NCBI GenBank assembly: GCA_039794045.1
Contig: JBAMLY010000009.1
Span: 27,356 to 91,355, forward strand
Length of the DNA stretch: 64,000 bases
Origin: Candidatus Micrarchaeia archaeon
GTDB taxonomy: Archaea; Micrarchaeota; Micrarchaeia; Norongarragalinales; UBA8480
Reading direction: 5' to 3'
Each line of letters opens with the position of its first letter. Position 1 is the first letter of the stretch. A model generated the notes under the pieces. The model ran no database searches. It was not told the origin of the DNA and saw only the letters and a list, made by a program, of their open reading frames with translations. The position numbers and the translations under genes are program-made. Shown in pieces: positions 57,566-64,000 of this stretch.

Positions 57566-58089
57566 TGCGAGTGGACAACGCTTCAAAGTTTTACTTGCTG
57601 CTTGTTTGCGGGCTCGCGTTCGCCAGCGTTTCGGCTTTCGCGGAACCTTTGTTAGCGTTCGCTGGCTTTGCAGCGTTCTTGGTTGCAGCCATTGCTTTAT
57701 CTAAGCGGTTCAAGGAAGCCGAGTTAAATGACGCGTGGAAGCTGCTCGCGCTCACTGCCGTGATGGCTGCGCTCATGTTCAACGCGCGGTTGTTGTCTCG
57801 CGCTGGCGCTTTCGCCGTCGCAGTTGCGCTTGCTGTAGTCGTAGCGGCGTTCACTGCGTTCAAGTTGCTTGCAAGCCGCAACGCGGTTGGCAGGGTGGTG
57901 GGGAGAAGGCGCGGCTTCATTTTAGTTGAAACAACTCGTTCGCTCTTGTCTCCTCTTCCTCCAGGAGTTTACGCCGTGAAAAGCACTGCAAGGCACCGAG
58001 AAGGAGAAAAAGTTGAGTTGCGCGTGAGCAAGGGCTTGTTTGGCCCGCCAAAGCCCGTGGAAGTGCTTTCTTGCAAGAAAAAGGAATAA
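57562..58089 (+). CDS. DUF2101-like membrane protein (pilus-locus associated)
   Basis: Four TMs followed by G.VV....V.......PG.Y.V......GE.V.L.V.......KPV.VL beta domain. Confidence 0.65.
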   Translation: MMRVDNASKFYLLLVCGLAFASVSAFAEPLLAFAGFAAFLVAAIALSKRFKEAELNDAWKLLALTAVMAALMFNARLLSRAGAFAVAVALAVVVAAFTAFKLLASRNAVGRVVGRRRGFILVETTRSLLSPLPPGVYAVKSTARHREGEKVELRVSKGLFGPPKPVEVLSCKKKE

Positions 58090-58454
58090 TTTTTTTCTGC
58101 GTCATCGTCTCGCTTGCAGGGGTGGCGGCGCTGTTTTTCTTGTCTTGGTCTCTCGAGCCACGCAAGGCAGCAATAAACGAGTTGGGTTTGGAGGACGTCG
58201 GCAAGAAAGTGCTTGTTTCTGGGTTTGTGGCGTCCGCGCGCAAGTCTGGCGGAAACTATTTCTTGAAGGTCTGCGATTCAAGCGCCTGCATTCAAGTCCC
58301 CGTTTTTTCCTCTGTTGCGGCGAGAATGAAGGAAAGGGGTTTTGACGCGGGCAGCGTGGGAAAGGGAGACTTCATTGAAGTAGTAGGCGCGGTAAGCGAG
58401 TACGGCGGCGAGCTCGAAGTCGTGGCAGCCGAGTTAGACGTGCTTAGAAAATGA
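58071..58454 (+). CDS. Membrane-anchored OB-fold protein
   Basis: N-terminal TM, then VGKKVLVSGFV, FLKVCDSSACIQV and GDFIEVVGAVSEYGGELEVV. Confidence 0.8.
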   Translation: MQEKGIIFFCVIVSLAGVAALFFLSWSLEPRKAAINELGLEDVGKKVLVSGFVASARKSGGNYFLKVCDSSACIQVPVFSSVAARMKERGFDAGSVGKGDFIEVVGAVSEYGGELEVVAAELDVLRK

Positions 58455-59596
58455 GTGAGTTAGTCGCTTTTCTTGCTGGAACCGCGGTCGGCGCGCTCGG
58501 ATTGATTCCGTTTCTTCACACTAACACTTTAGTGGAGTTGCTTCCGCGTTTTCTTGAAAGCGGGCCTGCAGCCGTTTTCGTGGTCTCCCTCGCCTTCAGC
58601 CACGCCGTGTTCGAAGTGCTTCCCGCGACTTTCTTTGCGGTGCCGTCCGCCTCGCAGAACATAAGCGTCGTGCCTGCGCACAGGCTAGCTCGCGAGGGGA
58701 AAGGCTTTCAAGCAATGAAGTTGATGGCTTACTCTCTCGCCGCCGGCGTTTTCTTTGGCGTGCTCGCGTCTCCTGCAGCCACGTTCTTGCTTCCATTGGC
58801 TTACTCGCTCGTCAAGCCAGTTACGGCCTTGCTTTTGTGCGGCGTGGTCGCAGTAATGCTCGCAGGAGAAAAAAACTTTTTCGCGGGATTGATTGTAGCG
58901 TGCTTGTCTGGATTGCTGGGCTTAGCTTCTTTTGGCTTGCCTCTCCCAGAACCAGTTTTTCCTTTGCTGGCGGGCTTGTTCGCAGTTCCTGCAGCGCTTG
59001 CTGGCGCTCGCGCGAGCGAGTTGGTGGAGCAGAGTGCGGGCGAACCACGCGTGCCGTGGGCGATGGTGCTGCTCGGCGCTTTTCTTGGCGCGTGCTCTGG
59101 GTTGCTGCCTGCCTTGAGTCCCGCCCTCTTGGCGGGAATCGCTTTCGTCTTCGTCAAGTCTGGTTCGGAGAAATTCATTGCTTTGACTTCCTCGATTGCC
59201 GGCGCAAAACTGGTTTCCGACTTGATAGTGCTTGGAGAGCTCGGCAAGGCCAGGTCTGGCGCGGCCGCAGCAGTGCAAAGCTTTCTTGGAGTGCCTTCTG
59301 CAACTGAAACCACTTTATTGGTGGTAGCGGGCGCGGCTGCGCTCGCGGCAGCGCTGGCTGCGCTGTTGCTGGTTTACAGGCGGGCCGCGCTAGCGCTTTG
59401 CGGCAAAAACTATGCTTTTTCAAGCAAGGTTTTCTTGTCGTTCTTGGCAGTCATGTTGTTCTTTTTCGGTGGTTGGCTGGCTTTATTTGTTTGCGCTGTC
59501 GCCGCGTGCGTGGGAGTGCTTGCGCTCTTGCTGAATTGCAAGCGCAGCCTATGCTGTGCGGCGCTCTTGGTTCCAGCAATAGCTGCCTTGATTTAA
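58451..59596 (+). CDS. TctA-like (tripartite tricarboxylate transporter, archaeal type) polytopic membrane protein
   Basis: GLIPFLHTN, LPATFF.VP, VVPAHRL..EGKG, FPLL.GLF.VP and GKARSGAA. Confidence 0.8.
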   Translation: MSELVAFLAGTAVGALGLIPFLHTNTLVELLPRFLESGPAAVFVVSLAFSHAVFEVLPATFFAVPSASQNISVVPAHRLAREGKGFQAMKLMAYSLAAGVFFGVLASPAATFLLPLAYSLVKPVTALLLCGVVAVMLAGEKNFFAGLIVACLSGLLGLASFGLPLPEPVFPLLAGLFAVPAALAGARASELVEQSAGEPRVPWAMVLLGAFLGACSGLLPALSPALLAGIAFVFVKSGSEKFIALTSSIAGAKLVSDLIVLGELGKARSGAAAAVQSFLGVPSATETTLLVVAGAAALAAALAALLLVYRRAALALCGKNYAFSSKVFLSFLAVMLFFFGGWLALFVCAVAACVGVLALLLNCKRSLCCAALLVPAIAALI

Positions 59597-59626
59597 CTCT
59601 TTTAAACCGAGGCGAGTAATGTTTTC

Positions 59627-60043
59627 ATGGTGCGCGCCCAACTGTCAATTGAATTGTTTTTTGCTTTAGCATTGTTTTTCCTGGTGCTTTCGTGGGTGTC
59701 AAACTATGCTTCCACTGTCTATGACTCGCCAGCCCTCGTTTACACGCAGGAAAAAGCGGTAGCCAACTCACTGGTTGCCGCCGCGAACGCAGCCTGCGCT
59801 TCAAACACTTCGTCTTCTTTTTATTTGCCCTGCATTTCCAAGCGCGGCACAAACTACGACTACGAGGCATTCAACGCGACCTCTAACTCGCCCGAGTTGC
59901 GAGTGCGCGTTCCAGCCCTGAACTCGTTCGCGCAAGCCAGGGCCTTGTGCCCAATTTCAGGTTACGCCTCGGCTGAATGCGGGACTCTCGTGTGCATGAA
60001 AAGTAATTCTTCGTCAGTGTTGCTGAAAAACGGTGCTTGTTGA
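59627..60043 (+). CDS. Class III signal peptide minor pilin (cassette B)
   Basis: MVRA|QLSIELFF plus hydrophobic helix; Cys and NxS/T-rich head. Confidence 0.82.
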   Translation: MVRAQLSIELFFALALFFLVLSWVSNYASTVYDSPALVYTQEKAVANSLVAAANAACASNTSSSFYLPCISKRGTNYDYEAFNATSNSPELRVRVPALNSFAQARALCPISGYASAECGTLVCMKSNSSSVLLKNGAC

Positions 60044-60415
60044 GTGAAGGGACAATTTTTCACAATGGATTTCCTCGCCGCAATAATAGTGGTCACTGCA
60101 GTGGTAGGTGGAATGCTTCACTTCCACGAACTCAACCAAAAAGCCTTCCTGCGCGCGACTGAATACAACTCTAACTCTGCTGAAGCGCTGGCGGAATACT
60201 TCGTGAACAACAACGCCACGCCTCCCTTCCAGCCGGCTTGCTGGTGCGCAGTGATGCGGAACGCGACAAGCGTTTTCTACGACGACTGCAGAGAAAAAGA
60301 GTGCATGCGTTCTTGCAGTACGGTGTTCGCAGCAACGCGTCTTTCCCGCTACTGCTTGAACGCTACTTGCCCATGCGAAGGAGTTTCGTGTGCTTTAGAG
60401 GTGAGAACGTGCTGA
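60044..60415 (+). CDS. Minor pilin-like protein (cassette B)
   Basis: KG|QFFTMDFLAA plus hydrophobic helix; very Cys-rich. Confidence 0.8.
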   Translation: MKGQFFTMDFLAAIIVVTAVVGGMLHFHELNQKAFLRATEYNSNSAEALAEYFVNNNATPPFQPACWCAVMRNATSVFYDDCREKECMRSCSTVFAATRLSRYCLNATCPCEGVSCALEVRTC

Positions 60416-60795
60416 AGGCCGCCATACTGTCTTTCGACGCGCTGCTGGCGCTTGCCGTCGCCGCTATAGCGTTCGGCTCAGTTGTTTCGTTCAGCAGCCT
60501 TGGCGCCGACAACTCCAAGAACGCACAGTTGAACGCGTTGGCGTGGGACTTCCTACACGACAAATACGGATTGAATTTGACTGTTTCAGCTGACGACTTC
60601 CACAACTTGACTGGACGCCACGTATTCGAAAGCCCTCCTTCAACAGCGCCCGCCGGGCACGCTCTTTACTACAAGTACAACAACTTGTGCGGTTGCGGGC
60701 AGTCATGCTACCTTGAAAACGAAATTAACACGTCGTGCTTGGAAGCGCAGGACAATAACTCGAAGTACGAGTTCGAGGCTTGGGTGACTCCTTGA
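60409..60795 (+). CDS. Minor pilin-like protein (cassette B)
   Basis: GAGGTGA RBS-like sequence, GTG start and KA|AILSFDALLAL plus hydrophobic helix. Confidence 0.72.
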   Translation: MLKAAILSFDALLALAVAAIAFGSVVSFSSLGADNSKNAQLNALAWDFLHDKYGLNLTVSADDFHNLTGRHVFESPPSTAPAGHALYYKYNNLCGCGQSCYLENEINTSCLEAQDNNSKYEFEAWVTP

Positions 60796-61445
60796 AAGCG
60801 TTTTTTTCGGCTTTGAGCGCGGCCCTCGTCATCGCAGCGATAACTGCTTCCGCGATCGCCGTACTCCACCTCTCCTCTCAAGAGGAAGTACAGCTCGCGC
60901 AAGTTTCAGCGAAAATAGCTTCCGATCGCCACGCATCAGTAAAACAGTTTTTCGCTGACGCTGTGAACGACGCCTTAGCTGACGCGGCTTACTCTGTTTA
61001 CGGGTGCGCGCCATCCAAGCCAAATTTTTGCGAGCAAGTGAATCGCTCCACGTCTACAGACAAGGTCGTGGCTTACCTGAATTGGTCGCTTTCAGCCACT
61101 AACAACTCGCTAGTGGCAGTGTCTTACTCTCTCGCCAACCCTTACGCAACCCTCCCTTACGAGTGCTACGAGTTCGCCGCAGAACCCGGCTACAACCACT
61201 CATTCAATTACTCGACGCTATTGAACTTGCGAGTGGACTCGCCGAACGCCTTCAAACAAGACCAAACGCTTTTGTCCCGCAACGTTTCAGTGCGCGACTA
61301 CGCACCAAAAATAATTAATGCAAGTCAAACTTGCTCGGAAGCCCAGTTGCTGCGCATCACGATTACCGGCAACTACGGTGCCGCCAAAGACTTCCTAGTA
61401 GACTGCAACCAAACCATCGACTTAGGCAACAACCCCTGCCCCTAA
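60792..61445 (+). CDS. Pilin-like exported protein (cassette B)
   Basis: TTG start overlapping the upstream stop; KA|FFSAL plus hydrophobic helix; many NxS/T sequons. Confidence 0.68.
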   Translation: MKAFFSALSAALVIAAITASAIAVLHLSSQEEVQLAQVSAKIASDRHASVKQFFADAVNDALADAAYSVYGCAPSKPNFCEQVNRSTSTDKVVAYLNWSLSATNNSLVAVSYSLANPYATLPYECYEFAAEPGYNHSFNYSTLLNLRVDSPNAFKQDQTLLSRNVSVRDYAPKIINASQTCSEAQLLRITITGNYGAAKDFLVDCNQTIDLGNNPCP

Positions 61446-61491
61446 GTTTTTCGCAAGGATTTAAAGAGGAAACAACTCTTACTAGTAAGGG

Positions 61492-62109
61492 ATGCAAATG
61501 ACTAAAAAACTCGTATTATGGGCTTTGTTCTTCCTCGTGCTCGCAATAGTCGTGCCTCCCTTCCTAAGCTTAGTGGACTATTCATTGAACGCCAAAAACT
61601 CGCAGCAAATAGACGCGGCACTCGCCGCGAAGCTAATCAAGGACGACGCGCGCGCGGCGTTCGGCGAGAGCGCGGCAGTCACGCTTAAGTCGCTCAACCA
61701 GAAAAACGGCAAATGGGAAGCAGAAGTGGAAATAGAGCAAGAACCGCACTCTGCCTGCCCAAAGCTCTACCGCCGGTATTACTCCCTTATGCCTATTTAC
61801 TCGGTGACCGAAAACGTTTTGACTTCCTGTCAAGCCCTGCCCCCCGTAAGCAACCGCGTCGAAGCAATAATTTTTTCTTCAAAGCTAGCCTCAATAGCGC
61901 AGCACGCTAATGCTAACGCCTACGCTTGCGCGTTCAAGGCCGGCGAAGAAATAGACTCTTCTTACTGCCCGAAAGCCAGTCCCGCCGAAATAAAGGCGTT
62001 CGCTGACTCTACGCCACGAGCTCGCTGGATAACCGCCTGGTTTTACGGCGACGGTTCAACTGCACTAATAGCCTTGGACGAGAAAGGAAGCGTGGTAGCG
62101 CAGCGCTAG
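61492..62109 (+). CDS. Hypothetical membrane-anchored exported protein
   Basis: N-terminal TM and four Cys. Confidence 0.7.
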   Translation: MQMTKKLVLWALFFLVLAIVVPPFLSLVDYSLNAKNSQQIDAALAAKLIKDDARAAFGESAAVTLKSLNQKNGKWEAEVEIEQEPHSACPKLYRRYYSLMPIYSVTENVLTSCQALPPVSNRVEAIIFSSKLASIAQHANANAYACAFKAGEEIDSSYCPKASPAEIKAFADSTPRARWITAWFYGDGSTALIALDEKGSVVAQR

Positions 62110-63887
62110 CCGCGCGCTTCATAGTAATAGTATTCTCCTGCCTCGCGTTGCTCCCTATCCAGAGCAGACCCTGGCTTGTTGGCTCTCGGCCTACCAGTCA
62201 AAGCATCGCGCCTGAAAGTCACGTTCATTTGCTTGAGCAACGCAGTCATTCCCTCCTTCAAGCCAACCGGCGCCAGCGCCTTGCCGCGAACCCCGGGACT
62301 GCCTTCAAACACTATAACCCGGTTAGCAGTCTTGTCAACGAACAAAACGTCGTGCTCGACTACAAAGCATGGAACGCCAGTAGCCTCGGCAACTTTCTTG
62401 ATGAGCGAAGCAGCGCGAAGCCTTTGCTCCACGTCCAAAAACGCTGACGGCTCGTCAATCAAGCGCACTCCAGCGTCCTTGCACAAGCACAAAGCAATTG
62501 AAACGCGTTGCAGTTCTCCGCCGCTCAAGCTCTTCACTGGTTTGTCAAAGAGCTCAGAAATCTCGAGTCCCTCGCGCACTTCCGCGTCGAAGAGTTCCTT
62601 GTTCAAGTCTTTTTGCGCAGCGAAAAGCTCTCGCACAGAGCCGCCGAACTCAGAGTAAGGATGCTGGGGCTTGAAGGCAATGCTTACCTTCTCCGAAAAA
62701 CCGCTTCCCTCGTCGGCTTCCTCAACGCCGGCGAGAAGCTTCACGAAAGTGCTTTTGCCGATAGCGTTAGGGCCCACCACCGCAATTACTTCGCCTTTGC
62801 CTACGCCGCCTCCTTCGACTTCAAGGGAAAAAGATTGATTTCCGTGAAAGCTCTTGCGCAAGCTCGAGTAAGAGTAAATTACGCTGGGCTTCTGAGACTG
62901 AGGCTTTACTGCCTCGAACTTTATCGAGTTGACTCGAAAGCGCACGTTCTCGTCGCGCAGGAAGCCATCCAAGTACTCGTTCACGCCGTTCTTCGCGCTC
63001 TTCAGCGAGGAAACCACTCCGTAAACTCCTTTAGAGCCGTATAAGACGTGAACGTAGTCACTTAAGTAGTCCAGCACAGCCAAATCGTGTTCCACTACGA
63101 CCACTGCAGCCTTCGCTGAAAGCTCGCGAATGCGGGCGGCAACTTTCAACCTCTGCCGTATGTCCAAGTAGCTTGAAGGCTCGTCAAACACGTACGCGTT
63201 CGCATTGCGAAGCATCGTGCAAGCTATCGCCAGCCTCTGCAGTTCTCCGCCACTCAAACTCGACAAGCTCCTGTCCAGGAAAGAGGAAAGCTCGAAGGAC
63301 TCGATTGCTTGAGGCGCCTCGTTTTTCTCATCGCAGGCTTCCAGCAACTGCCGAGCAGTTCCCCTCCCTTTTGCCAGCTCGTCAACATACTGCATTTTGT
63401 AGGCCACGCGCACTTGCTTTGAAGCCAGTTTTTCCAGGAACGCCTGAATTTCTTGCCCGCGGAATTCCTTGCGGATTTCCTCCCACGACGGCTCGCGGTT
63501 GAAGTGACCAAAATTTGGCTTCAGCGCGCCTGCAAGCATTTTCAACGCAGTAGTCTTGCCTATGCCGTTTACGCCCACTATGCCCACCACCGCTCCTTGC
63601 TTGGGCAAAATCATTCCGTAAACGCGGAAAGTGTTTGCGCCGTACTGGAAGGTAGGGCGCCCGCTTTCCCCCGGCAAGTTAATTACTCGAATAGCATCCC
63701 GCGGGCACCGCTTTACGCACAAACCGCAGCCCGTGCAAAGCTCTTCGTTTATTACTGGAAAAGAAGAGCTTGGCTCTACAACTATAACTTCCTCGCGCAT
63801 TTTAACGCCGGGACAAATTTTAATGCATTGAAAGCCACAGGCGACGCTGGTACACTTGTCTCGGTCAATGACTGCAATCCTAGGCAT
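62106..63887 (-). CDS. rli1: Ribosome recycling ATPase ABCE1/RLI
   Basis: N-terminal 2x[4Fe-4S] Cys motifs, two ABC domains (NGIGKTT, NAIGKST, LSGGELQR twice) and TFRRD..TGRPRANK.GS.LDREQ. Confidence 0.96.
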   Translation of the reverse strand: MPRIAVIDRDKCTSVACGFQCIKICPGVKMREEVIVVEPSSSFPVINEELCTGCGLCVKRCPRDAIRVINLPGESGRPTFQYGANTFRVYGMILPKQGAVVGIVGVNGIGKTTALKMLAGALKPNFGHFNREPSWEEIRKEFRGQEIQAFLEKLASKQVRVAYKMQYVDELAKGRGTARQLLEACDEKNEAPQAIESFELSSFLDRSLSSLSGGELQRLAIACTMLRNANAYVFDEPSSYLDIRQRLKVAARIRELSAKAAVVVVEHDLAVLDYLSDYVHVLYGSKGVYGVVSSLKSAKNGVNEYLDGFLRDENVRFRVNSIKFEAVKPQSQKPSVIYSYSSLRKSFHGNQSFSLEVEGGGVGKGEVIAVVGPNAIGKSTFVKLLAGVEEADEGSGFSEKVSIAFKPQHPYSEFGGSVRELFAAQKDLNKELFDAEVREGLEISELFDKPVKSLSGGELQRVSIALCLCKDAGVRLIDEPSAFLDVEQRLRAASLIKKVAEATGVPCFVVEHDVLFVDKTANRVIVFEGSPGVRGKALAPVGLKEGMTALLKQMNVTFRRDALTGRPRANKPGSALDREQREAGEYYYYEARG

Positions 63888-63958
63888 TCAAAACTTCCTC
63901 GAGCGGCAACCGCCTAAAACAAGGGAGAAAGAAAAATAAAAAAGGTTGAGAAAAGCGT

Positions 63959-64000
63959 TTAAAGAACAAGGATGAACAAACCAATCAAGAACAAGAACAA
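63959..64000 (-). CDS. 3' end of a gene running off the window (hydrophobic C-terminus)
   Basis: The minus strand reads LFLFLIGLFILVL-stop and is followed by T-rich tracts. Confidence 0.4.
   Translation of the reverse strand: MFLFLIGLFILVL

Overview
This is a gene-dense archaeal chromosome segment. Archaeal markers include GatDE, class I CCA-adding enzyme, EF-1beta, Orc1/Cdc6, RFC-L, HerA/NurA, Rad50, Elp3, ABCE1 and BHB-type tRNA introns. A DPANN (Micrarchaeota-like) origin is plausible but is only an inference. Most genes are housekeeping, and I found no CRISPR array, rRNA, transposase or integrase. Five things stand out. (1) A large EppA-type type IV pilus system with about 19 class III-signal-like genes, including a tandem array of five major-pilin-like paralogues (invariant N-terminus; four have variable 6-Cys heads), two paralogous four-gene minor-pilin cassettes and two CpaF/VirB11 ATPases. 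(2) A methyltransferase closely resembling eukaryotic Bud23/WBSCR22. (3) A wHTH regulator with a perfect palindrome at its start, heading an NFACT(Rqc2-like)-CDC48-S2P gene run. (4) Four tRNA genes with five introns, mostly at non-canonical positions. (5) A protease-less, soluble LonB-type ATPase. All protein calls come from motif recognition by eye; no database searches were run.
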